In this document: positions 21,807-30,366 of the stretch, piece by piece
How the letters are laid out: every line of letters starts with the position of its first letter
How positions within the stretch are numbered: position 1 is the first letter of the stretch
IMG/VR virus record: IMGVR_UViG_3300024270_000070
Length of the DNA stretch: 64,000 nucleotides
Strand: one strand, 5' to 3'
Source: a virus
Notes under the pieces: model-generated
Told to the model about the DNA's origin: nothing
What the model saw: the letters and a program-made list of their open reading frames with translations, nothing else
Database searches by the model: none
Translations under genes and position numbers: made by a program

Positions 21807-23753
21807 ATGGCAAATAATAGAAACATTGTGCACGGCCATGTAAACCGTGTTACGGGAACAACTCAGACTGAAATTAATAATGAACTTGCAAAATTTTTCA
21901 TAGACGTTCAGCCTGACCATCCTCTATATGATGTTCTTAAAACAGAACAATTGGAACTCAATAAAGGTATTCTTGTTATTAACAATAATGCGAATGACCC
22001 AAGCATATACATTAAAAATACATTGGGGGATGTTGTAAAAATATCCGGAAACGGTTCACTTGCAGTAGAGGAATATAAAGACGCAGTTATTGAAGCATCT
22101 GCCGAAAATCTTGGACAAATTATATTCGTTAAGAACGATAGTGTATATGACAATCAAACATATTACACAGGGCCTTATATTGTTATAGGTGAAGGTGAAC
22201 TCATGAAACTTTCAATGTCACTTGCTTCCGGTGATGCTGATGTGGATACTGAGATTGCAGGGTTGAAAATAAGCGTTGGGGAATTAAATTCTGAACTTGA
22301 TAAAAAAGTTGATATTAAAAGTGGTTACTCACTTGTTTCAGATTCAGATATCACAAAACTTCAGGGCATTGAAACCAATGCTCAGGCTAACGTTATTGAA
22401 AAAATCATTGTAAATGGTGAGGAACTTCCGGTTACTGATAAGACTGTTGCATTTACTGTTTCTGTTGATAACATTGAAGGCGTTGCTGATGGAAGAGTTG
22501 AAAATGTTTATATTGATGAGGTTGATGGGGTAAAATACCTTGTGTTGACATTTACTGAAGCCGCCCAAAAAGAGGATATTATGGTTGACGTTTCAGAGAT
22601 GTTTACTGAACAATACTCTTCGGGGGATGGCATTTCTTTAGAAAACCAAATTATTGGAATTAGGTTAGGTGAAAATGAAACTATTCTTGCATTTGATGAA
22701 AATGGTAGTCTTGTTATTGCTGAAACGTTTAAAACACGCATATCTGAGATTGAAAATATTTTATCGGTAATTACTGATACAATTAGTGGCCACACAGAAG
22801 AATTGGCAAGTCTTTCAGAAACAGTATCAGGTAATACAGAAGAATTGGCGAACCTTTCAATGGTTGTATCAGGATATAGTGAGGAATTGGCAAGTCTTTC
22901 AGAAACAGTATCAGGTAATACGGATAGTATTTCGGCAATAAGTGGCGAAACTTCCTCGTTGAAATTGAATATGAATAATTTAAAACCTCAGGAAGTTGAG
23001 AATTATGCCACTGCAGTTCAACGTGCCACCGCAAACAATGTAGGACAAATTTTTAAGACCAAGAAGGATTCGGAGTATAATGAGGTTGTTTACCTTGAGG
23101 GATTTTATCTTGTTGAAGGTGAAGGAAAACTTTCATATATAGTATCTGCTGACGGTACTCAGGATGAACTTAAGGTTCTTGCTGATAAAATTGAGGAACA
23201 GGGAAAAGCTTTCAATGAAAAGACTGAGGCTATTGATGCATATACCGTAAATGGTTATACAATTTCCCAAGAAAATGGCGTTGTTCTTGAAGGCAAGGAT
23301 ATTGTTCTTGATGAAACTCTTGAAGAAGCATCTTATACAATGGATTCAATTGTAATGGGGGATAACGTCAATACTGCTGTGAGGAAAATTGAGAATACTC
23401 TTGGGGCAACTGTTATTGCAATGACAGCATCCCTTAATGATATTAATTCACAGGTGAATTGGGCTATAGACACAACAGTTCCGGTGGAGGGTACTCTTAC
23501 AATTAAACCAAATACATTGCATGTTATTGAGGAACCGGTATCCAATTTAACATTAACTTATGAGGAAACTGAGGGCGAGGTTGCTTATCGTTATTCAGTT
23601 CTGTTCAAGACAAGTGATACATTTGGAACAATATCCCTTCCTGCAGATATAATTTTATCAAATATTCCGATTGCTGATTTGGAAACTAATACAAATTATT
23701 TGCTTGAAATTCAACACAATTTCGCTAAGTGGACTAAAATGATAGCACTTTAA
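21807..23753 (+). CDS. tail fibre protein, paralog of 38941..40989 (shared N-terminal domain)
   Basis: N-terminal GNGSLAVEEYKDAV..IVIGEGELMKL shared with 38941 ORF (GNGSLAVEEYKDAV..IVIGQGQLQKL); tandem 14-aa repeats EELASLSETVSGNT. Confidence 0.55.
   Translation: MANNRNIVHGHVNRVTGTTQTEINNELAKFFIDVQPDHPLYDVLKTEQLELNKGILVINNNANDPSIYIKNTLGDVVKISGNGSLAVEEYKDAVIEASAENLGQIIFVKNDSVYDNQTYYTGPYIVIGEGELMKLSMSLASGDADVDTEIAGLKISVGELNSELDKKVDIKSGYSLVSDSDITKLQGIETNAQANVIEKIIVNGEELPVTDKTVAFTVSVDNIEGVADGRVENVYIDEVDGVKYLVLTFTEAAQKEDIMVDVSEMFTEQYSSGDGISLENQIIGIRLGENETILAFDENGSLVIAETFKTRISEIENILSVITDTISGHTEELASLSETVSGNTEELANLSMVVSGYSEELASLSETVSGNTDSISAISGETSSLKLNMNNLKPQEVENYATAVQRATANNVGQIFKTKKDSEYNEVVYLEGFYLVEGEGKLSYIVSADGTQDELKVLADKIEEQGKAFNEKTEAIDAYTVNGYTISQENGVVLEGKDIVLDETLEEASYTMDSIVMGDNVNTAVRKIENTLGATVIAMTASLNDINSQVNWAIDTTVPVEGTLTIKPNTLHVIEEPVSNLTLTYEETEGEVAYRYSVLFKTSDTFGTISLPADIILSNIPIADLETNTNYLLEIQHNFAKWTKMIAL
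22800..22921 (+). repeat. three tandem 42-nt coding repeats
   Basis: identical 38-nt copies GAATTGGCAAGTCTTTCAGAAACAGTATCAGGTAATAC at 22800-22837 and 22884-22921 flanking a diverged middle unit. Confidence 0.8.
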
Positions 23754-23760
23754 TATAGAA

Positions 23761-23792
23761 AAGGGAGGTTTTAAAACCTCCCTTTATTATTT
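23761..23792. terminator. bidirectional intrinsic terminator
   Basis: AAGGGAGGTT-ttaa-AACCTCCCTT then TATTATTTC; between convergent 21807..23753(+) and 23787..24110(-). Confidence 0.7.
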
Positions 23793-24110
23793 CAATAACT
23801 TATTCGCGAATGGATTTTCTTTTAATGCCTCAGCCTGTTTTTCAATTTCCTTGCAATAGTTTTCAAAAAGAACTATATCTTGAACGTCAAGATTGAACCA
23901 CTCATTGCGTTTTTGTTTTGGATACAGTTTTTGGTGAAGAAGCCTTTCGACGAAGAATGGATATTGCGTTTCATATGTTTTCACAAGATATATTTCTCCA
24001 CCATTTCCTGTTTGAAGTTGTTTGATTCTCTTTTCAACAGGGCCACGTGTCACACCAATTTTGAAAGTATTATCTTGCCCTGAATCACCAAGTATGTAAA
24101 CTATAGCCAT
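23787..24110 (-). CDS. T5orf172 / MUG113 (GIY-YIG-like) domain protein
   Basis: VYILGDSG..FKIGVTRGPVEKRIKQLQTG matches the T5orf172 domain signature; lone minus-strand gene at the end of the plus-strand structural module. Confidence 0.55.
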   Translation of the reverse strand: MAIVYILGDSGQDNTFKIGVTRGPVEKRIKQLQTGNGGEIYLVKTYETQYPFFVERLLHQKLYPKQKRNEWFNLDVQDIVLFENYCKEIEKQAEALKENPFANKLLK

Positions 24111-24367
24111 TATTCTTCCCCCACGTATTTGAATGTAATTCCGTTAGTTGTAACTGCGACTTCATCAGCAGGCTCAGGTTCTCCTTCATTATTATATCTA
24201 TAATAGAAATCTTCATTGACTTTCTGTATCATGTTTTTCCCAACGTTAAAACGTATTTCCATCATAGAGAAATCTATTTCTTTTTCAAATTCTGATTTTA
24301 GCAAATCAGCAATTCTAATTAGAATATCACCCTTAGGAATTTTATTCATAACTAATCTCATTATCAT
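24110..24367 (-). CDS. hypothetical protein
   Basis: ORF track; overlapping stop/start with neighbours. Confidence 0.35.
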   Translation of the reverse strand: MIMRLVMNKIPKGDILIRIADLLKSEFEKEIDFSMMEIRFNVGKNMIQKVNEDFYYRYNNEGEPEPADEVAVTTNGITFKYVGEE

Positions 24368-24614
24368 CCTTATTCGTCTTAAAGAAAAGTATCTTGAAAT
24401 CTTCTTTTAATTTGCCCCAAAAACGTTGTCTTTTAAGCCTTCTCCCCGCCTTTTTATTGGGTTTTGAAGGGTTGACCAATTCTTTCTTTATCTCCTCTCC
24501 TAAGCCATTTTTCAAGGCTTTTGCGAACGAATTCATTTCTTTATTTCTTTTTGTTTCATCGTTCTTTCTTAAAACCTCGTTCAATATGATTTCATTTTTC
24601 ATTTCCTCAGTCAT
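24342..24614 (-). CDS. hypothetical basic protein
   Basis: ORF track; K/R-rich. Confidence 0.35.
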   Translation of the reverse strand: MTEEMKNEIILNEVLRKNDETKRNKEMNSFAKALKNGLGEEIKKELVNPSKPNKKAGRRLKRQRFWGKLKEDFKILFFKTNKDDNEISYE

Positions 24615-24996
24615 CTTCGTAAACTTTTTCTCCTGATGTTATAACCTTATTTTCAAAATATTCTTCAATGTGATGAATAAGCCATACAATACCTGAGGTG
24701 AATGCTCCGTCACAAATAGCCGCTAACCACCAAAGGCCTGTAACACTACCAAACATGATATTAAACGGTGTAAATGCAATTGGAATTAGGAACCAATTTA
24801 TAATGGATAATACAATTCCTAAATTGGTTGGAAGACACATCATGCAGGAAAAAAGTTGACCAAAATGTTCATCAATGTAATCACTCCAATATCTTAATTT
24901 TTCAAAAATACGAAATGGCCCGGACCCAAAAACAATAATATTACAAATCCCATAAGCCATTATAGAATAACAAAGAACAATTAACCAGCTAGACAT
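24607..24996 (-). CDS. integral membrane protein with CxxC motif (DUF1360-like)
   Basis: 3-4 predicted TM helices; SCMMCLP CxxC within a TM; resemblance to DUF1360 is tentative. Confidence 0.4.
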   Translation of the reverse strand: MSSWLIVLCYSIMAYGICNIIVFGSGPFRIFEKLRYWSDYIDEHFGQLFSCMMCLPTNLGIVLSIINWFLIPIAFTPFNIMFGSVTGLWWLAAICDGAFTSGIVWLIHHIEEYFENKVITSGEKVYEDD

Positions 24997-25427
24997 GATT
25001 CACCTTCTTCTATTTTTTCATTATTATCTTCGATATTTTCTTCAGTTTTACGGGTGTTTTTTGGTTTTTTCTTTCTATATTTGAATTCTATTGTTTGAAG
25101 TACATCAAGAGGTTCTTCCTCGAATATTGTTTGAAGTTCGTTTACCTTTTCCAAGAAAAGTGATTTTTTAATACCCGCAACCTCATTAAATGTAATTGTT
25201 TCATCAATTGCATTAAAAATTTTATCAATTCCTGTTGCAAGTGTCGCTGCAAAATAATATCCAACGCCATCTTCTGTGGGCATTACTTTCACATCATGTT
25301 TTGCAATGATTTTCTCACTTATTTTCCACTCTTTAGGAAAATCCACAGTAAGGAATATGATTCCCTCAGCAATGTTCATTTTTCTGAACCTTGACCCCAA
25401 CTTTGCAATTTTATCATTAAGTTCCAT
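24981..25427 (-). CDS. hypothetical protein
   Basis: ORF track 24981..25490; likely start at MELNDK (25427), which abuts the stop of the upstream gene (TAATG overlap). Confidence 0.35.
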   Translation of the reverse strand: MELNDKIAKLGSRFRKMNIAEGIIFLTVDFPKEWKISEKIIAKHDVKVMPTEDGVGYYFAATLATGIDKIFNAIDETITFNEVAGIKKSLFLEKVNELQTIFEEEPLDVLQTIEFKYRKKKPKNTRKTEENIEDNNEKIEEGESCLAG

Positions 25428-25609
25428 TAGAATCCAATTCCTGTAAAGATTATTGTAAAAATGTAAGCCAATGACAAACCTATACCCCAAAGTCGTGTTG
25501 TTGTCATGTCAGACTCTCCCATACGTAATGAACGATAGAATATAAATCCTTCTTTGATAAGATTAAGGATTGCGAATATAAGTATAAAAACAAAAATCTT
25601 AGTCACCAT
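25427..25609 (-). CDS. small two-TM membrane protein (holin candidate, unproven)
   Basis: 60 aa, two hydrophobic helices; located downstream of endolysin/spanin but separated from them by a terminator. Confidence 0.3.
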   Translation of the reverse strand: MVTKIFVFILIFAILNLIKEGFIFYRSLRMGESDMTTTRLWGIGLSLAYIFTIIFTGIGF

Positions 25610-25659
25610 ATCTTAACATATTTTATAATGAAAATAGTTATTTTATGGTTTATAGTAAA

Positions 25660-25700
25660 CAAAAACAGGTGCTTTTAAAAGCACCTGTCGTTATTTTTTA
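25660..25700. terminator. bidirectional intrinsic terminator after spanin gene
   Basis: ACAGGTGC-ttttaaaa-GCACCTGT with T-runs on both sides. Confidence 0.7.
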
Positions 25701-26218
25701 AATTTTAAATAGATTTTTACAATTCCAATTCCGACGACAATAACAAAGAACCCAAGCAGCCACCAATAAGTTTTAGGATATTTAACTTTCTCCACCTCCA
25801 CTTCAACAGGCACCTCTTTTATTTGTATTGAATCACGATATACAATTTTTTCTTCTGTAATATACCTATCTTTATATACGATTTTCTCAGATATAACAGT
25901 ATCTTTATTTTCCAAAGAATGGATTATCATTAACGAGGTTGTGTCAACATAAGCAGTTGATTTAGCCACGCTTGTTTCGAGATTGCTTGTGTCGATTTGT
26001 GAAATTATATCCATCACTTTTTCACGAGGGATTTGCACATAAATAATAGAATCAATAACTCTTGTGCTGTCTCGAAAAATAATGCTATCACGTGTTGCCA
26101 CATCGGTTTTATCGGTTACCGGCACATGTTTTATTGTTCCGCATCCTCCTAAAGATGCAAGCATTACAAAACTCACGAATATAGTCAATAAAATGTTTTT
26201 TTTCATGTTTTTCTTCAT
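25691..26218 (-). CDS. u-spanin-like lipoprotein (N-terminal lipobox, C-terminal TM)
   Basis: signal peptide with lipobox LGGC; C-terminal TM YWWLLGFFVIVVGIGIV plus basic tail; immediately downstream of endolysin. Confidence 0.5.
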   Translation of the reverse strand: MKKNMKKNILLTIFVSFVMLASLGGCGTIKHVPVTDKTDVATRDSIIFRDSTRVIDSIIYVQIPREKVMDIISQIDTSNLETSVAKSTAYVDTTSLMIIHSLENKDTVISEKIVYKDRYITEEKIVYRDSIQIKEVPVEVEVEKVKYPKTYWWLLGFFVIVVGIGIVKIYLKFKK

Positions 26219-26223
26219 TTTCT

Positions 26224-26760
26224 TCAGTTATTTTTTTTTTCTTCGGGGATTTCTTCCTCGAATGTATAATCAGCAAGTCTATTTAACCATCCTTTTAGGA
26301 AAACCTCTTGACTTGGGTTATTTTTGCATATATTATAATAGAAGTTTTCGCGCTCTTTGTAAATCTTATCGAACAAAGGTTTCTGTTCCATTGAATTTAA
26401 TGATGACATTGTAATTGGTCCTACAATCCCATCATCTTTGACGCCTAATATTTTCTGTATTTTTTTTGACACTGTTTTAACACCGCTCATCCACGCCCAA
26501 TCTACAATAATATTAGCAATGCTTTGGTTTTTAATGGAATCTCCACACATGGGGTCCCAATATCCATTTTTGAAAATTGCAAGCCATTCATCATCAGTAA
26601 TACATTTAAGGTCGGTGCATGTTTTTGAATAACCGTAGAATTTTTGATAGGTTCCGATTGTTATCCCTTTCATGGTACACCTACCCTTATCTGAAGGATG
26701 GTGAGAATATCCACCTTCCCATTTCAATATAAGTGGCATTAATTTTTCAGCGTTAGCCAT
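26224..26760 (-). CDS. endolysin, GH108 N-acetylmuramidase family with C-terminal peptidoglycan-binding region
   Basis: LKWEGGYSHHPSDKGRCTMKGITIGTY matches the GH108 N-terminal motif (EGGY..D.GG.T.YGIT). Confidence 0.7.
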   Translation of the reverse strand: MANAEKLMPLILKWEGGYSHHPSDKGRCTMKGITIGTYQKFYGYSKTCTDLKCITDDEWLAIFKNGYWDPMCGDSIKNQSIANIIVDWAWMSGVKTVSKKIQKILGVKDDGIVGPITMSSLNSMEQKPLFDKIYKERENFYYNICKNNPSQEVFLKGWLNRLADYTFEEEIPEEKKNN

Positions 26761-26802
26761 ATTTTTTAGTTTTATAACAATAAATAGGAGAATAATTAAA
26801 AG

Positions 26803-26830
26803 AAAAAGGCGGTTTTAAACCGCCTTTTTT
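26803..26830. terminator. bidirectional intrinsic terminator
   Basis: AAAAAGGCGG-ttttaaa-CCGCCTTTTT; downstream (on minus) of gene 26847..27551. Confidence 0.7.
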
Positions 26831-26846
26831 ATACAAAATGTTTATG

Positions 26847-27551
26847 TTATATTTTAATTCGTTCACCGTATTGTTGGTTGATTTCAAACAAAAGGGAGAG
26901 TTCAAGAGCGCAGTGTCTAATATTTTCTCTTACTTCATCACAGTTATGGTCAATGTATCTTTCATCATAGGAAACAATCAGAAGCGCAAGAGGTTTATCT
27001 ACACCTTCAATGGTGACAGCCGTAAAATGCTCTACGCCGCTTGCCTTAAGTCTATAACAGAATGAGCGGTCAATGTCTTCCATATCATGAATATCCCCAC
27101 ACCAATATCCTGTTGTCGCCATGTGGCTTGCAAATGGCATTAAACTTAAATTGATTTCAGCATAATCATGGGCAATGGGCATGACGCCAACATTTATTGC
27201 TTCATAAGTTGCAGAACATTTACGAAAAGGGAGACCCGTTACACTTTCAGTACCATTATGATATTCGAGAATAAAGACACGTGCACTATTTGTTTTAAAG
27301 TTCAGTTTTTCTATAATTGTGTGAATTTTCATATCAATATGTTCACGGTCAATCATTGCCACCTCATGTTGTTTGTCCAACCAAGTTTGATATTGTTCGA
27401 AAATCCATGTTGGGTTTTTAATGAAGCCTATTGTTGCTGCAATAATCAATATATAGATAACTGCCTTAAAAATTGTCTTGAATTTGTATTTCTCAACAAT
27501 CTGCAGTGCTTTCTCAAACCAATTTAACCCTTTGTCAATCTTTTCTTCCAT
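26847..27551 (-). CDS. membrane-anchored hypothetical protein
   Basis: one N-terminal TM (AVIYILIIAATIGFI); His/Cys-rich C-terminal domain; no assigned family. Confidence 0.4.
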   Translation of the reverse strand: MEEKIDKGLNWFEKALQIVEKYKFKTIFKAVIYILIIAATIGFIKNPTWIFEQYQTWLDKQHEVAMIDREHIDMKIHTIIEKLNFKTNSARVFILEYHNGTESVTGLPFRKCSATYEAINVGVMPIAHDYAEINLSLMPFASHMATTGYWCGDIHDMEDIDRSFCYRLKASGVEHFTAVTIEGVDKPLALLIVSYDERYIDHNCDEVRENIRHCALELSLLFEINQQYGERIKI

Positions 27552-27559
27552 GATAACCC

Positions 27560-28375
27560 TTATTTCTTATAATTTCTTATATTATTCAGGGTTTCACGCA
27601 CCCCATCATTATTTTCATACATCCTTCCTTGTGAAGTTGTTCTTGTTGTTTTTTCACCCAATTTGAAACCATACAGTGCTTTCATGCGTTCAATACTTTC
27701 GTTAACTTTCTTTTCATTAGTGTGTTCAAGAATGACAGCACTTTCTTTACCACTGTACTGATTTTTAGTCCATTCGAGAAGATATGTTTGGTCATTCATA
27801 TCCTTCATCCTGAAACGTCGTCCTTCAATTTTCATTTCATCAGGAATCTTTGACATCATGTGTTCTTCAGTAAGGAATTCAGTCCTTTTGAATCTCACGG
27901 TTTTGACACTTTTTTCTTCATACATGTCTTCCTTTTTGAATGTTCCGTCAGGAAGTTCACGAGCCTGTAACCCTGATTTTTTCAAGTCTTCTTCCTTCTG
28001 ATGAAGTTCCTGTCCTGCCTCTTTTGCCACTTTATAAAAATCATCACCAAATTCAGCATTTTTTTCAATGTCATTCTCTTCTTCAGCCTTGCTTGTATAA
28101 CCTTTGGCTTGCGCGTGAACCCTTTCTTTATATTCTTTACCCGGGTCAGAATTGAATGTGTAATCGAGGGTTGTTTTGTTTTTATCTTCCTTTTTAGGAA
28201 CATCATGTTTAACTTTCACCTCTTTTGCGTCAGTTTTGGTTTTGGCATCTTTGTAGGACTTTTCATTGTTTTTCTTGTTTTCGCTCTCAACGCCATCTCC
28301 AATTACAGGATTGAATTGGCCTTGACTTTCCTTGATGAGTTCTCTCATCCTTCCTACTGTAATACTTTTGTCCAT
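27560..28375 (-). CDS. hypothetical K/E-rich protein
   Basis: ORF track; highly charged low-complexity. Confidence 0.4.
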   Translation of the reverse strand: MDKSITVGRMRELIKESQGQFNPVIGDGVESENKKNNEKSYKDAKTKTDAKEVKVKHDVPKKEDKNKTTLDYTFNSDPGKEYKERVHAQAKGYTSKAEEENDIEKNAEFGDDFYKVAKEAGQELHQKEEDLKKSGLQARELPDGTFKKEDMYEEKSVKTVRFKRTEFLTEEHMMSKIPDEMKIEGRRFRMKDMNDQTYLLEWTKNQYSGKESAVILEHTNEKKVNESIERMKALYGFKLGEKTTRTTSQGRMYENNDGVRETLNNIRNYKK

Positions 28376-28385
28376 TGTTTATAGT

Positions 28386-28580
28386 TTAATATAATTTATA
28401 GTTTCTACCTTGTCCTGTGTTTATTTCCATTCCCGCCATAAATTGTCTGTAAACCAATTTTTTCATTTTTTCTTCATCGGGAATGATTTGTTGCTTTTCA
28501 TCCTCAAGTTCCTCAGCAATTTTCATTATTTTTTTTGCTGCATCAGGATTTATATTGGAATAATAGTCAAATCGTGTCAT
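28386..28580 (-). CDS. hypothetical small protein
   Basis: ORF track. Confidence 0.3.
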   Translation of the reverse strand: MTRFDYYSNINPDAAKKIMKIAEELEDEKQQIIPDEEKMKKLVYRQFMAGMEINTGQGRNYKLY

Positions 28581-29203
28581 TTTTTACCGTCCTCCACAGA
28601 AGTTTTAATCAAGTCCTTATGATTGTATGTAGGGTCATCATCCTTTTCAAAAGGTGGAGCATCATAACCGAAATCACCTATTGCAGTATCCATTACAGCC
28701 TCCTCTTTCAATGCTTGGAGCCTGTCATATTGTTCTTGTGTGACGTAAATTGTTTTTCGCCTGAGTGGTTTACCAAAAAGAGGCTGTTCAAAAGCACCTG
28801 AAGCATCTGCAGATGTTGCACCGCCATCCTCCTCATTAATTACACAACCATCAGCGATGTTGATTTCAAATAGTTTAGTATAAAGCCTTTTGATTTTTCT
28901 TTCAAAGTTCTGACGAGGGATTTTGTATGAAATTGTAAATTGGTCTTTATCCCCTGAACTGTCGATTTTTTCATCTTTAATAATAACCCCGTTATCAATA
29001 AGCAATGATAATGCTTTTTCACCATCTAACCCATTAGCAATAAGAAAAGCATCGGGTTTTGCATATATGGGGTCGGTTAAAAGTTGTTTTAGATACGCCT
29101 TGATATGAGACATGAAACTGAAGAAGGTGACTTCCTCATTAATCATCTCAATATTTTTTCTCAAGGCATTAACCTGAGACTCATTTATAAGTATGGTTCT
29201 CAT
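28577..29203 (-). CDS. hypothetical protein
   Basis: ORF track; ATG start at 29203. Confidence 0.4.
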   Translation of the reverse strand: MRTILINESQVNALRKNIEMINEEVTFFSFMSHIKAYLKQLLTDPIYAKPDAFLIANGLDGEKALSLLIDNGVIIKDEKIDSSGDKDQFTISYKIPRQNFERKIKRLYTKLFEINIADGCVINEEDGGATSADASGAFEQPLFGKPLRRKTIYVTQEQYDRLQALKEEAVMDTAIGDFGYDAPPFEKDDDPTYNHKDLIKTSVEDGKK

Positions 29204-29209
29204 GTTTTA

Positions 29210-29389
29210 TTATCTCTTAAGTTCTGATTCGTAAGAAGATTTCCTTTGCCAAAGCACACGAAAGAGGTCAGTAACCACATCAGTTGTGATTTCTTTGATT
29301 CGTTTTTCAAATTCTTTATCACGCTTGATTAACTGCATGACATCATCTCTGTCGAACTCCTCTCTTATATGTTTTTTACAGTTTTTCAT
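29210..29389 (-). CDS. small hypothetical protein (59 aa, below ORF-track cutoff)
   Basis: hand translation of minus strand: MKNCKKHIREEFDRDDVMQLIKRDKEFEKRIKEITTDVVTDLFRVLWQRKSSYESELKR; fills a 260-nt gap. Confidence 0.35.
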   Translation of the reverse strand: MKNCKKHIREEFDRDDVMQLIKRDKEFEKRIKEITTDVVTDLFRVLWQRKSSYESELKR

Positions 29390-29430
29390 TTATCTTTTTC
29401 TATTACTGATAAATAGCAATATAAAACTAA

Positions 29431-29465
29431 AAAACCACTCATTTCTGAGTGGTTTTTGTTATTTA
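29431..29465. terminator. bidirectional intrinsic terminator
   Basis: AAAACCACTCA-tttc-TGAGTGGTTTT then TGTTATTT; downstream of minus gene ending at 29463. Confidence 0.65.
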
Positions 29466-29975
29466 ATTTTTCCTAACAAGATTTTCAAGTTGTTCCAATT
29501 CTTTAGCGGATGTTTGCCATTGGGTTTTCCAATTATTATAAAATCCCATTAACTTATTGAGAGTCTTTAAGTTTTCTTTATTAAGAATTAAACCATCGGC
29601 CCACATGAAACAACCATCGCCTGTGTTATTTTTCAACACAAACTGCCATTTTAAATTATTAAGGCTTGGTATTGTTCCAGAAAAAACCATATTACCGGTT
29701 TCAGGCATATAGATAAGTGGACTATCTGCAGGATTTTCTTCATTTGGCTTAGTAAACTGTGCACCACTATCAACTGAAGATAAGAACTGATTCATTTGGT
29801 TTGTCAGAACATTATCACCGAATTTAGGGTCATCGGTTATTGCAATCGCACTTTCAATTGTTTGTGCCTCAGCCTCTTCCTTGATGAGTCCTTTTTTTGC
29901 CTCCGTATTTTCTACAATTCCGCGACGTATAGCATCAAGCATATCACATGCGGTTGAATAACTACTTTTTGCCAT
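29463..29975 (-). CDS. hypothetical protein
   Basis: ORF track 29463..30011 starts with TTG; first ATG (MAKSSYST) at 29975, 16 nt after the upstream stop. Confidence 0.4.
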   Translation of the reverse strand: MAKSSYSTACDMLDAIRRGIVENTEAKKGLIKEEAEAQTIESAIAITDDPKFGDNVLTNQMNQFLSSVDSGAQFTKPNEENPADSPLIYMPETGNMVFSGTIPSLNNLKWQFVLKNNTGDGCFMWADGLILNKENLKTLNKLMGFYNNWKTQWQTSAKELEQLENLVRKN

Positions 29976-29989
29976 TTTATTAATATTTT

Positions 29990-30358
29990 TTAATATGCTA
30001 TGCCATTCCAAACGTTAGTAAAACGAGGATTCGCTTTCTTAACCTTCTCAACAACTTTTGTGATTTCAGGATATTTTTCTTCCATCTCGTTAATTTTTTC
30101 CGCTACTGTTGCAACGAGTTCATCTACTTTTTTTAACTCATTGTCAATAATTTCTTCAACTTCCTCCGGTTCTGAAGCCATAATTGTTTCAATAACATTT
30201 TCTGCAGGTTGCAGGTTTTCCATCTGTTCTTTTATGTCTGAAATTTCATTTTCAACTTGCGTTTCAATTTCAGTTTGTATCTGCTGTTCCATTAATGTCA
30301 CCTCAGACTGAACCTCAGGGGTTTCAGTTGTCTTTGTACTCTTTTTAACCATTTTCAA
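29990..30358 (-). CDS. hypothetical very acidic protein
   Basis: about 30% Glu/Asp, predicted helical. Confidence 0.4.
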   Translation of the reverse strand: MKMVKKSTKTTETPEVQSEVTLMEQQIQTEIETQVENEISDIKEQMENLQPAENVIETIMASEPEEVEEIIDNELKKVDELVATVAEKINEMEEKYPEITKVVEKVKKANPRFTNVWNGIAY

Positions 30359-30366
30359 AACAAAAT

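Noticed and set aside
22800-22921. Tandem direct repeats considered as a possible CRISPR array
   Set aside because: Units are 42 nt with no unique spacers between them, in frame within a fibre gene, encoding a 14-aa peptide repeat. No cas genes in the window.
26230-26240. A11 homopolymer at the endolysin 3' end as a programmed frameshift site
   Set aside because: It lies 2 codons before the stop; slippage would change only the last few residues, so no functional frameshift product is expected.
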